Origin: an uncultured delta proteobacterium
Lineage (GTDB): Bacteria > Myxococcota_A > Polyangia > Polyangiales > Polyangiaceae
Direction of reading: 5' to 3'
Length of the DNA: 64,000 nt
Assembly (NCBI GenBank): GCA_963850305.1
Contig: CAWKKR010000008.1
Span: 256,001-320,000, forward strand
Below the pieces are notes generated by a model. That model was not told the origin of the DNA, searched no databases, and saw only the letters and a list, made by a program, of their open reading frames with translations. Positions 51,652-61,074 of this stretch are shown piece after piece (within the stretch, counting starts at the first letter, position 1; each line of letters begins with the position of its first letter). The translations under genes and the position numbers were made by a program.

Positions 51652-52289
51652 GTGACTCGGCGCGTGCTCGAGGGCTTCTTCGACGAAGGTGGCAAGGATG
51701 CCCTGGCGGCCGCGTTGCGCGAAGTCGAGGCAGCCTCCAGCGCGGAGATCGTCATCGCGGTGCGACGGAGCTCGGGGTCCTACCTGGACGCGAATCTCGT
51801 GGTCGGCATACTCGCCGCGACCGTCACCCTCGCGATCGGGCTCTTTTCCCCCTGGCCGTTCTCCCTCGAATGGCTGCTCCTCGAATCCGATCCTCGTAGG
51901 GATCGCCTGTGGCTGGCTCGCGACCTATTTGCCGGCGGTCCGTCGTCTGGCGACGCGGCCCGCGGAGCAAGCCCGGCGCGTCGACGTCCATGCCCGCGCT
52001 CTGTTCGTCGAACGTGGTGTGGTTGCAACGTCGGGACGCACCGGCATGCTCGTCTACGTGTCGCTGCTCGAACGAGCCGCACGCGTGGTTGCAGACTCCG
52101 GCGTGACGGCCGCGGTTCCAGCCGCCGAGTGGGCGACCCGGGTCGAGGAGAATCCAGCGAGCCGCGCGTCGCTCGAAGGCCACGGCCGTGGCGCGTGCGA
52201 TCGCCGCACTCGGGCCGACGCTGGCACCGCACCTTCCGCATTCCGACGACGACGTCAACGAACTCCCCGACGAGGTCTCCGGCCCATGA
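51652..52289 (+). CDS. TPM-domain membrane protein; frameshifts near 51884 and 52148
   Basis: EAASSAEIVIAV, TSGRTGMLVYVSLLER..VVADSG, C-terminal DDVNELPD across three frames. Confidence 0.8.
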
Positions 52290-53770
52290 CAACGCGTCCA
52301 CGACTGCCAGCGTGGGCGCCGGGGCTCGCGATCTTTCTCCTTGCCGCGGTCGCCGCGGCGCGACCCGGCGGTGGGCAGACGTACTCGGGTGGCGGAAGCC
52401 ACAGCGGAGGCGGAGGTGGCGGTGGCGGCGGACTGATCTTCTTCCTTCTCCGCTTGGTGCTCGATCTCGTTATCACGGCACCCGCGATCGGCATCCCTCT
52501 GGTCCTCGCTATCGTGATCGGCTTCGCAGTGATAGCTCTACGCCAGCAATCGAACCAGGATTGGAATGGCCCCTCGCAGGCCGCGGTGACCGCCAGCCAG
52601 TCACCCTCTCGTGTTCGCGTGCTCACGCTCGACGCGATTCGAACGAAGGATCCCGATTTCTCGTCCGTCTTGTTCGAGGATTTCGCCTACGCACTCTTCG
52701 CCGCCGCCCACCGCGCCCGGCATGACGCGAAGAAGCTCGCCGAGCTCGCCCCGTATCTCGACGAGAGCATGCGCCGCGCGCTCGCGGAGCGGGGTCCCGT
52801 GGGTGTCCCGGTGACGGCGGCGGTCGTCGGCGCTCTGCGCGTGGCCGCGGTGAGCCTCGGCGCCGAATACACCGAAGTGACGCTCGAGTTCGAAGCGAAT
52901 CTGATCTTCGCGGCCCCGAAGGCGACGACTGAATACGTCGTGGAACGGTGGGCCTTCCACCGCGGAGCGAACGTCAAGAGCCGGAACACGAACGACGCGC
53001 GGAAGTTCGCGTGTCCGAACTGCGGCGCGCCCTTCGAGTCGACCGACTCGCAGCGCTGCAAGTACTGCGGAGAGGTCGTCTCCAACGGTCGCTTCGACTG
53101 GTCAGTGTCGTCCGCCACCGTGCTCGAATCGAGCGAGCGCCCACCGAGCCTCCGCGGCACGGTGCCGGAGCGCGGCACCGATCTGCAGACGATCGTGGAC
53201 CCGGATTTCGGGGCCGCCTGGGATGCGCTGCATGCGGACGACCCCGCCGTCACCGAGGACGCGCTCGGTGCGCGCGCCGAGCTGATCTACCGCGAGCTCA
53301 ACCGCTCGTGGAACGCGCAGGATCTTGCGACGGCACGTGGGTTCGTCTCCGATGGTCTCTTCGACTATCTCGGGTACTGGACGACGGCGTATCGCGCCGA
53401 GGGACTCCGGAACGTCGTCGACGACGCGAAGATCCTCGGGTTCGAGCCCGTGAAACTCCGCCGGGATCTCCATTACGACGCGTTCACGGCGCGGGTCTTC
53501 GCGACGGGCAAGGACTACACGGTGGACGCCAGCGGCACCGTCGTCGGCGGAAGCCGCCACCGCGATCGCGAATACTCCGAGTACTGGACGCTGATCCGAG
53601 GCGCGGGCGCGCGCGGCGCCCCTAGCGCGGACCGAAGCTGCCCGAACTGTGGCGCCGAGCTACATGTCGAGATGTCCGGCGAGTGCAAGTATTGTCACGT
53701 CCGCATCACGACGGGGCGGTTCGACTGGGTTCTCTCCAAGATCGAACAGGACGACTCGTACGCGGGGTGA
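52286..53770 (+). CDS. Membrane protein with two Tim44-like domains, each followed by a zinc ribbon
   Basis: Signal RPGGG, Gly linker, TM; DPDFS...ERWAFHR-CPNCGAP..CKYC..FDW repeated as DPAV...EYWTLIR-CPNCGAE..CKYC..FDW. Confidence 0.85.
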   Translation: MTTRPRLPAWAPGLAIFLLAAVAAARPGGGQTYSGGGSHSGGGGGGGGGLIFFLLRLVLDLVITAPAIGIPLVLAIVIGFAVIALRQQSNQDWNGPSQAAVTASQSPSRVRVLTLDAIRTKDPDFSSVLFEDFAYALFAAAHRARHDAKKLAELAPYLDESMRRALAERGPVGVPVTAAVVGALRVAAVSLGAEYTEVTLEFEANLIFAAPKATTEYVVERWAFHRGANVKSRNTNDARKFACPNCGAPFESTDSQRCKYCGEVVSNGRFDWSVSSATVLESSERPPSLRGTVPERGTDLQTIVDPDFGAAWDALHADDPAVTEDALGARAELIYRELNRSWNAQDLATARGFVSDGLFDYLGYWTTAYRAEGLRNVVDDAKILGFEPVKLRRDLHYDAFTARVFATGKDYTVDASGTVVGGSRHRDREYSEYWTLIRGAGARGAPSADRSCPNCGAELHVEMSGECKYCHVRITTGRFDWVLSKIEQDDSYAG

Positions 53771-53791
53771 GCGACTCGTTCGAATTGCGCG

Positions 53792-54667
53792 TCATGCTCG
53801 GGCTTTGCCCAGCGGACGCTTCGAGCCGGGAGCAGTGCTGGAAGACGCCACGTCGGTCGCTTTCATGACTTCCACCGGGTCGAACCCTTCTTGCTCGGGA
53901 GACCATCGGACACGGGCGGACTCCGCATCGAGCATTCCATGCCATTCGCGCAGTCGCGCGACGGACCGCCGGATGCGGTCGGCATAGGGGCGCGCCTCGG
54001 ACACGTCGGCGAGCAGCGCGGCATTGATCTCGAGCGTCTGCAGTGGCGTGTTCGCCATGTCGCGGATCGCCAGGAAGCGGCCAGCACTCGCTTCCAGGGC
54101 GACGGCTTCGGCATGGGACTTCAGGAGTTCGACCTCGAGCGCGTGACGTCGCAGTCGATATGCAAGCAAGAACAGCGCAAAGGCGCCGAACGCGACCATC
54201 GCAAAGGGTTCGCCCACGGGGAGCTTGCTCCGGACGGCCGGGCTGAAGGTCCAGAGCTTTACCAGCGGGGGGATCGTGAAGATGAGGATGGTCGTCACAC
54301 CGACGTAGAGCTCGGCGGGGGCCAGCAGTGCGACGGTGAGGACCGCTAGCTTGCTGGCCTGGAACGGCACCCAGTGATCAACGGCCGCCGCAAAATGCCC
54401 GCTCGTGACCCAAAGCGCCAACGAGATGACGGAGTTATTCACCAGAAACGCGAACGAAGCCCTCTGAACGCTCGGTGATGCCCGGAACACGCGCAGATAG
54501 ACCAGCAGGACGGCGCCAACTCCAATCGACGCCAGCGATGGCCAGGCCGGCATCCCGGGTATCGAGCGCCCTAGGGCGAGGTTGATGGGCATACCGATCA
54601 CGTTCAAGGCAGCCGAGGCAGTCGCCCCCTGCCACGCAACCTCGGCAGCCGTGCGCGGCGTGCCCAT
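53792..54667 (-). CDS. Polytopic membrane protein ending in a degenerate HisKA-like helix, with no ATPase domain
   Basis: About 6 TM helices, coiled linker, IRDMANTPLQTLE, then a short tail. Confidence 0.75.
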   Translation of the reverse strand: MGTPRTAAEVAWQGATASAALNVIGMPINLALGRSIPGMPAWPSLASIGVGAVLLVYLRVFRASPSVQRASFAFLVNNSVISLALWVTSGHFAAAVDHWVPFQASKLAVLTVALLAPAELYVGVTTILIFTIPPLVKLWTFSPAVRSKLPVGEPFAMVAFGAFALFLLAYRLRRHALEVELLKSHAEAVALEASAGRFLAIRDMANTPLQTLEINAALLADVSEARPYADRIRRSVARLREWHGMLDAESARVRWSPEQEGFDPVEVMKATDVASSSTAPGSKRPLGKARA

Positions 54668-55072
54668 TCACCCTCCTATGAATTGCAGAAGCGTCTCGAT
54701 CGGCGCCGGCTTCTCGATGATCTGCACCATGCCGAGCGTACTGGCTTCCTGAACGAGAGGGTGAGAACGTGCGTGCCCGGTCAGGAACGCGATCTTACCC
54801 GAGAAATGCTCCCCCTGAAGCCACCTGTACGCATCGATGCCGCTCGGCTGGTCGGCTCCCAAATTGATGTCGATGATCGCGACACGACATGCGAGGGCTC
54901 GTTCGCCGAGCGCCTTCAGTGCCTCCAAGCTGGTGGCGGTCAGGCATCCAACGTGGCTCTTGAGCCGCACGATATCGGAAATGGATTCGAGCATGTCCTG
55001 GTCGTCATCCAGAATGACGACCTCTGCCAGCGGCGCAGGGTCACTGTTCGGGCGGAGCAGGCGAGCAGGCAT
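54668..55072 (-). CDS. Single-domain response regulator
   Basis: VILDDD, IIDINLG, FLTG, IEKP; abuts the next gene (TGA-ATG). Confidence 0.88.
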   Translation of the reverse strand: MPARLLRPNSDPAPLAEVVILDDDQDMLESISDIVRLKSHVGCLTATSLEALKALGERALACRVAIIDINLGADQPSGIDAYRWLQGEHFSGKIAFLTGHARSHPLVQEASTLGMVQIIEKPAPIETLLQFIGG

Positions 55073-55127
55073 TCTTCACCATAAGCTCAGTTGGTCCTCC
55101 GGCAACAGGCGAACAACAGGCGAAGTC

Positions 55128-56063
55128 TCACCCGGCCGCCCCGTCGAGGTTCGGAGACCGAGTCAGAATCTCGACGGCACCGGGGTCAGCGACGACCTCG
55201 TCTCGCGGACGCCGCGAGAGCCCATGGGTAACGAGACCCGTCACGATGATGCCCGCCGTGATCGCGACGCCCGCGGTCGACACGCCGAGCAGCTTGAGCG
55301 CGGACGCGACCAGCACGACGACGAGCGCCGGCTTGATGAGGTGGTCGGGCGCGCGCGCGGAGAGTTGTGCCCCCAGGAACACGCCGGGGATACTGCCGAC
55401 GAGCAGCGACCCGGTCAGCGCGAACATCACCTTGCCGAACACGAGATGCCCGAGCGCCGCCGCGCCGACGAGCGGGATCGCCTGCGCGAGATCCGTCCCG
55501 ACCAGCTGCGACCCCGCGAGGCCCGGGTAGAGCAGCATCAGCATGACGACGATGAGCGACCCGGACCCCACCGACGTCATCCCGACGACGAAGCCGCCCA
55601 CCGCACCGATCGCGATGGTCGGCAGCGGCTTGACCGGGATCGCCATCAGGCTCGCCCCGGGCGGCGTCCCGCGTCGCGCCGACATCACGGTCTTCGCCAC
55701 GATGGCGCTCGACGCGAGCAGGAGCGCGCCGCCGAGCATGCACTTGAGCCCATGCTCCAGCGCCGGCGATCGACCCAGATGATTGACCAGCGCGGAACCG
55801 CCGAACGCCGAAGGGACGGACCCGAGCGTCAGCCACCGAACGAGTGGCGCGTTCACCGTGCGACGCCGCATGTGCACGAGCGCGCCGAACGGCTTCATCA
55901 CGACCGATGCGGCCAGGTCACTGGCCACTGCCGCGGTCGGCGAGACCCCGAACAGCAGCACCAGAATGGGCGTCATCAATGCCCCGCCCCCCATCCCGGT
56001 CAGCCCCACGACGATCCCAACGGCGAAGCCGGACAGCGCTATCAAACCATCGACGGTGAACAT
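55128..56063 (-). CDS. Sulfite exporter TauE/SafE family protein
   Basis: GLTGMGGG and GMTSVGSG repeats, AVASDL / LVGTDL, about 8 TM helices. Confidence 0.92.
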   Translation of the reverse strand: MFTVDGLIALSGFAVGIVVGLTGMGGGALMTPILVLLFGVSPTAAVASDLAASVVMKPFGALVHMRRRTVNAPLVRWLTLGSVPSAFGGSALVNHLGRSPALEHGLKCMLGGALLLASSAIVAKTVMSARRGTPPGASLMAIPVKPLPTIAIGAVGGFVVGMTSVGSGSLIVVMLMLLYPGLAGSQLVGTDLAQAIPLVGAAALGHLVFGKVMFALTGSLLVGSIPGVFLGAQLSARAPDHLIKPALVVVLVASALKLLGVSTAGVAITAGIIVTGLVTHGLSRRPRDEVVADPGAVEILTRSPNLDGAAG

Positions 56064-56082
56064 GAATTGACCTGGTTCGAGG

Positions 56083-56133
56083 AAACTTGACTGAACGCAT
56101 AGGAAATATGGAGAATCAATCCGTCCGGGTCAA
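56083..56133 (-). promoter_or_regulatory. Promoter of the TauE gene with an overlapping Rrf2-like operator
   Basis: Minus strand TTGACC-17 nt-CATATT; AT-rich AAACTTGACTGAACGCATAGGAAAT at 56083-56107. Confidence 0.45.
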
Positions 56134-56343
56134 GCGCCCAGATTTATGGTCAATATTTCAGATACTTACATGAATTCAACAGAGCTCGAAGCGAGCACTG
56201 GAGGCCCCGAGCGGTCCGCCCACCGGCGCCCCGCGGGGCCCCCGCGGCGAGTCTGCGAGGCGCTTGGGGAGGCCCGCAGCCCGCCGCGAAGCGAGGACGG
56301 CGACGGCAGCGCCGTTCAGCGTGGGGGGGCATCGGGGCTCGAA

Positions 56344-56500
56344 TCACGGCAGCCATCCGAGGGCGATCACCTGGCCACGGCACTCGAGCCTCGCCGGTAT
56401 CGTCTCGAGCCCGAGGTGTTCGAACACGTCGCGCAGGCTCATCGAACACGTGGTGGTGAAGACAGCGATTTTCGACGCCTTCCCAGATCGTGCTCACCCC
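56344..56500 (-). pseudogene. Possible C-terminal relic of a SAM-dependent methyltransferase
   Basis: ENRCLHHHVFD, then in a shifted frame SLRDVFEHLGLE...LGWLP*; no N-terminal half. Recognition from memory only. Confidence 0.35.
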
Positions 56501-56622
56501 GTGATGTTCATTCGATGCTGACGTCGGGAAAGTGCGGCTCCGACCGGGTTCGTGGTCGCCCGTGAGGGAGCTGTTTTGCATGCACGGAAAGTCATTTCCG
56601 GCCGATGCTATGCGAACCTCCG

Positions 56623-57438
56623 ATGAAGCGCCTCGCCATTTTCGCCCACTACGACGACCGCGGAGAAGTGAAGCGCTACATTCTCCATCACCTGCGGGGC
56701 CTTCGCGAGGTCTGCGACGCGGTCTGGTTCGTGTCGACGGCGCAGCTCTCGGACGGCGAGCTCGACAAGGTGCGACCCACCTGTGGGCGCGCCTGGTTGC
56801 GAGAGAACGTCGGATACGATTTCGGGATGTGGCAAGACGCATTTCGAGACCCAGCGGTCTGCAGCTGGGACGAGCTCGTGCTCGCGAACTCCAGCGTCTA
56901 CGGACCGATCTGGCCTCTGAGCGACGTGTTTTCGAAGATGGCCGAAAACGCTGACTGCGACTTTTGGGGCATGACCGACTGCACGGAAATCGCTTGGCAT
57001 ATCCAGAGCTACTTCTTGGTGTTTCGAGAGTGTCTCGTTCGCTCGACGGTTCTTCGAGATTTTTTCGTCGGCCTGGATCTGTCCGGCACCAAGCGCGCCG
57101 TCATCGAGAGGTGCGAAATCGGTCTGACGTCGTATCTGCTGGGAGCCGGTTACCGAGGCAAGGCTCTCGTTACTTGTGCCGAGATCCCGCGGCCCCTCTA
57201 CACCCGCATCCGGCGACCGCACTTCAACCCGACGATCTCGACGCCGATGACTCTGACCGCGCGACGGATGCCGTACGTGAAGGTCGAGCTGCTTCGCGAC
57301 AATCCTCTTGGAGTGCGTCTCGGACCCCTCTTCGACATGATCGCCGCAAGCGGTTACGACCGATCGCTGCTCGAACACGGTCCGAGCCCTGCGCCTCGAA
57401 CGAGACGCGGCATCCGGGGCTTTCCTCGCCGGGCATAG
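56623..57438 (+). CDS. Rhamnan synthesis protein F (RgpF)-like
   Basis: MKRLAIFAHYD, RENVGYDFGMW, LANSSVYGP, DFWGMT, HIQSYF, EIGLT. Confidence 0.85.
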   Translation: MKRLAIFAHYDDRGEVKRYILHHLRGLREVCDAVWFVSTAQLSDGELDKVRPTCGRAWLRENVGYDFGMWQDAFRDPAVCSWDELVLANSSVYGPIWPLSDVFSKMAENADCDFWGMTDCTEIAWHIQSYFLVFRECLVRSTVLRDFFVGLDLSGTKRAVIERCEIGLTSYLLGAGYRGKALVTCAEIPRPLYTRIRRPHFNPTISTPMTLTARRMPYVKVELLRDNPLGVRLGPLFDMIAASGYDRSLLEHGPSPAPRTRRGIRGFPRRA

Positions 57439-57486
57439 AGACACCTCGGTCGACTGCCGCCTGGTGCCGGTCGAACGGCTGCAGAC

Positions 57487-57755
57487 TCACGAGGGCGGTC
57501 GCTCATTCCGAGCTCTGGCCGGGACGCCCGTCACGACGACGCCGGGGGGCACATCGCGGGTCACGACGGCGCCCGCACCAACCACGGCTCGATCACCGAT
57601 GGACAATCGTTCGAGGATCCGCGCGCCTGTTCCAACGAGCACGGCGTCGCCGACGGTCACGTTTCCCGAAATGCTCGCGGCGTGGTTCACGACCGTGCCC
57701 CGGCCGATCGATGCTTCGTGTCCCAGCGTGCACGCGATGTTGATCAACGCGAACC
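57487..57755 (-). pseudogene. 3' fragment of a NeuD/PglD-type hexapeptide sugar acetyltransferase
   Basis: FALINIACTLGHE...IGDRAVVGAGAVVTRDVP...GVPAR; N-terminal domain missing. Confidence 0.75.
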
Positions 57756-57979
57756 TGCTGCGCCTCCGCGAAAACCCCGAGCCCTGCCGGCCCGACCACC
57801 TGCGCCGTCACCTTGGAGCGCACCACTGTCGAGACAATCGTCACGCCCGAGACGAGTGCTCCGAAGAACGCAAGCCGTTCGATCCCCGTGCCTCGATTCG
57901 CGGCACCAGAACTCGGCGCGACGGCAGCATCGCTCCCCTCCGCAGGAGTCGACGCTTCGGGGCCTTCAGACGACGTCAT
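57756..57979 (-). pseudogene. 5' fragment of a Wzx/WzxE-like O-antigen flippase
   Basis: AFFGALVSGVTIVSTVVRSKVTAQVVGPAGLGVFAE matches the flippase first-TM pattern, then breaks off. Confidence 0.65.
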
Positions 57980-58512
57980 CGGCCAGCACCTCGGAATGCG
58001 CGCGCTCCCCCGAAACGAATGGATCCGGCCGCGCTCCTCCCATCCGGATGCTTACTGACTTCATCGACTCGCGGGAAATAGCATTCGAAGGGCATCGGGC
58101 GCGAGGTGGTTTCGCCGCAGGTGCTAGGCTCGCCGCGTGCGTACGCGAGAAACACTCCGGCAAGCCGTAGAGCGGTACGAAGCGATGGTCGACCCGTCCT
58201 TCGCTCGTGAACCTGCTCCTCGACTGCGGGTTTTCTTCGGCGTGCGAGTGCCTGGCGTCGCCCTACAACGAGAATGACGTCGGCATGGAACGCGGGGACG
58301 CTGCACGTTCGTCGCGCGGAACCTCGCCTATTCGGCTCGAGCGGCGCCGTTCGGGAAGCTCAGTTCCCGAATCGTCGACCGCTTGCGACACGCAGCACGC
58401 CGGCGCGCGACGAGATGAGTTCGTGCGCCGGTCGCGCCGCGCCCCTTTCGTGGCGACCGCTCGCCTGTCGCCAACCTCGGCGCGGGTCTCCGGCAAGTCA
58501 CGGTTGACTGAG

Positions 58513-58914
58513 TCAAACCGTGTTCGCCGGGGCCTGTCGAAGTGCATCGGCGAGCGCCTGGGGGTCGTCGACGCTGACCATGAGCTGCCGGAGCCGAACG
58601 GGTATTCCGAGCGTATAGCCGCGCTGGGGAGGGTTCAGATCCATGGCCACGATGCCGTCGCCCGAGCCGTTCACCAGCCAGCGTCCCAACAGCCCGTGCA
58701 CGCCTCGGCTCATCGGCTTCCGAGCAAGCGGCGCGGCGGCTCGAACGGCGGCGCGAGAGAACCGCGCGGAGAACGCCCATGCCATACGAACGACAACATC
58801 CTCGCCGTCGATCTCGACGTAAGAGCGCGACGGCGGGATGAAGAGCCCGCTCGAGAGGATCCGGTACCAGGCGTCGAAGCGGATGGGAAACCGCTTCCCC
58901 CCAGTGATCCTCAC
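58513..58914 (-). CDS. Small hypothetical protein
   Basis: RFPIRF...SYVEIDG..VVRMAWAF...GVHG..GRWLVNGS...SVDDP; protein-like ORF. Confidence 0.7.
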   Translation of the reverse strand: MRITGGKRFPIRFDAWYRILSSGLFIPPSRSYVEIDGEDVVVRMAWAFSARFSRAAVRAAAPLARKPMSRGVHGLLGRWLVNGSGDGIVAMDLNPPQRGYTLGIPVRLRQLMVSVDDPQALADALRQAPANTV

Positions 58915-59100
58915 GGCATCCTGGTCGACGGCTTTCGATGAAGGCGGTGTGCTCACTGAGGTGGTCCGTATTCGATCGATTGCGGTTCCATAGCACGTCG
59001 TTCGAGATGCGGTCCATCTCAGGCGGTTCCTCACACACGTCCCGAAGCAGATGGGTCGCTGGCGCTCGGCTCCTCTGCTCCCAGAGGTCTCGAGGTTCAG

Positions 59101-59448
59101 TCAGCGCCAGAACCTGAAGCGCGAACGGGGGCGCTCGGCGGTGACTCGCTCGTAGCTGCGGCGTGCTTCCACGCTGAAGTCCTTGAGCGCGCGCGCCACT
59201 CTCGCCGTGGGTGCCTCGGCGCTCTTGCCGAGGTCGGTGACGGCCTCCTCGATGCTGCGCCATCGGCGTCCGAATCGTACGCGTGCGTCGCCGAGTTCCT
59301 CGGCGATCACGTCCAGGCGCGCAGCCGCGTCGACGGCCACTTCATCGACGCGGTCGGCGATCTGCGCTCCCGCATGGTCGATGCGTGCGCCGAGTTCGGC
59401 AGCCGCCGCTCGGAGTTTCTCGGTGGGGTCTTGTCCTGGTGTGTTCAT
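59101..59448 (-). CDS. Apolipoprotein/phasin-like amphipathic helical protein
   Basis: All-helical Ala/Arg/Asp/Glu-rich sequence with periodic hydrophobics; strong RBS AAAGGAAA; 27 bp after the ABC1 kinase stop. Confidence 0.7.
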   Translation of the reverse strand: MNTPGQDPTEKLRAAAAELGARIDHAGAQIADRVDEVAVDAAARLDVIAEELGDARVRFGRRWRSIEEAVTDLGKSAEAPTARVARALKDFSVEARRSYERVTAERPRSRFRFWR

Positions 59449-59475
59449 GTTCGTTTTCCTTTCATCACGACAGTT

Positions 59476-61062
59476 TCAAAATAGCGCCCTTCCGACGACG
59501 GGTAGGATGTGCGTGGTGAAATCGACGGCGGGGCGGTAAGTCGCGAAGAGTCCACCGAGGGTTCCGAAGACGCGCGCGATCATGATGAACTCGCCAGGGA
59601 GCGACATGACCGGGTCGCCGTTACACGCGGCCAGCAGGTCCGTCATCTTCGCGACGAACTCCTCGCGCGAGGGCCAGGCCACGCCACTACCGGCGGCCAT
59701 CTGACGGATCTCGCCGAGCAGCGCGTCCGCGAACGCGTGCAGCGTGTCCGGACGGCCGCTCCGCGTCACGAAGCCGATCTCGCGAAACAACTCCGTCATG
59801 CGCTCGCGGTCGCCCGTGAAGAACGCACCCACGAGCGCGAGGTATCGATCTCGCACTTCCGGCGTGAGAACCTGGGCGCACCCGAAGTCCAGCACGACGA
59901 CCTTTCCCTCTGGCGTGACGAGGAGGTTGCCGGGGTGCGGATCGGCCTGGAACATCCCGGCGAGGAGGACCTGCCGCAGGTACGCTTCCAGCAGATTTCC
60001 GAGCACCGAGGAGAGCTCGGCGTGAGCGCGCACGTCGCCGGCCTTCACGCGGGCGTCGAGGGCGTCGAGAACGTCCGTGATCTTCTCCCCGGCGACGAAC
60101 GTCGTTGTGAGGACACGGTCCGACGAGAGCGCCGCGACCGGCCGCGGAACGACGATGCCGGGATGGTCGGCGAAGAAATCAGCCGCGCGCTCGGTGGCAC
60201 TCGCCTCGGCGACGTAGTCGACCTCGGACAGGATCTTGGACTTCACTTCCGTGACGATGGTGTCGTAATCGGTTTCCGGTAGCGACGACTGCAGGCTGGA
60301 CACGAAGGTCTCGAGGAGCTGAAGATCGAGTCGCACGCGCCCCTCGATGCCCGGGCGCTGCACCTTGACGGCGACGACCGTGCCGTCCTTGGTGGTCGCG
60401 CGATGAACCTGCCCGATGCTGGCGGCCGCGAGCGGCGCTCCCTCGAAGCTCGCGAACAGCTCTTCGAGCTTTGCGCCGAGGCTCTCCTCGACGACACGCC
60501 GCACGTCGGAAAATGGGATCGCCGGCGCGGCGTCCTGTAGCTTCGTGAGTTCGTCGATCCAGACCCGCGGAAGAAGGTCGGAACGCGCGGACAGCATCTG
60601 TCCGACTTTCATGAATGCGCCGCCGTGAACGGAACTGACGTCGTGGAACCGTCGCGCGCTCGTCGCATGGAGCTCGTCCAGAAGCTCGGTTGCGCGCTGC
60701 CGCGTCACGAACGCGGAGCGAAGACCGTGCAAGCGGTAGCCCGCGGCGACGCGTGCCAACATCCAGCCGGTTTGGGAGAGTCGCGTCGCGTGCTCGGACC
60801 AGCCCACGACGTTCTCGCGCGCGCTGGCCACGTCGCGCTCGCCCCGGGACCACGCTTCACGCGCGGCGCCGGCAACCTCTCGCGTGGACCACGCAGTCTG
60901 CTCGATCGCGGTCAGCAGGCCATCGAGCACGTCCGCCCACGCGCGAAGCTGGTTCGACGGGCGACGCCGACGGCCGTGGCCGCGCCGGCGCGAACGACGC
61001 TTCCGAGGTGAATATTCATTGAAGTCAGTAACTTGAGCAGGGAAGGAGTCAGCAGGAATCAT
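59476..61062 (-). CDS. ABC1/UbiB/AarF atypical kinase with helical N-terminal extension
   Basis: MKVGQMLS (KxGQ), LAAASIGQVH, VAVKVQRPG, FQADPHPGN, LDFG. Alternative start at 61083. Confidence 0.93.
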   Translation of the reverse strand: MIPADSFPAQVTDFNEYSPRKRRSRRRGHGRRRRPSNQLRAWADVLDGLLTAIEQTAWSTREVAGAAREAWSRGERDVASARENVVGWSEHATRLSQTGWMLARVAAGYRLHGLRSAFVTRQRATELLDELHATSARRFHDVSSVHGGAFMKVGQMLSARSDLLPRVWIDELTKLQDAAPAIPFSDVRRVVEESLGAKLEELFASFEGAPLAAASIGQVHRATTKDGTVVAVKVQRPGIEGRVRLDLQLLETFVSSLQSSLPETDYDTIVTEVKSKILSEVDYVAEASATERAADFFADHPGIVVPRPVAALSSDRVLTTTFVAGEKITDVLDALDARVKAGDVRAHAELSSVLGNLLEAYLRQVLLAGMFQADPHPGNLLVTPEGKVVVLDFGCAQVLTPEVRDRYLALVGAFFTGDRERMTELFREIGFVTRSGRPDTLHAFADALLGEIRQMAAGSGVAWPSREEFVAKMTDLLAACNGDPVMSLPGEFIMIARVFGTLGGLFATYRPAVDFTTHILPVVGRALF

Positions 61063-61074
61063 CTTGGGGGACCT

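Noticed and set aside
51689..53770. Apparent TPM-Tim44 fusion ORF
   Set aside because: Artefact of frameshifts; the TPM gene ends at NELPD...TGA 52289, overlapping ATG 52286.
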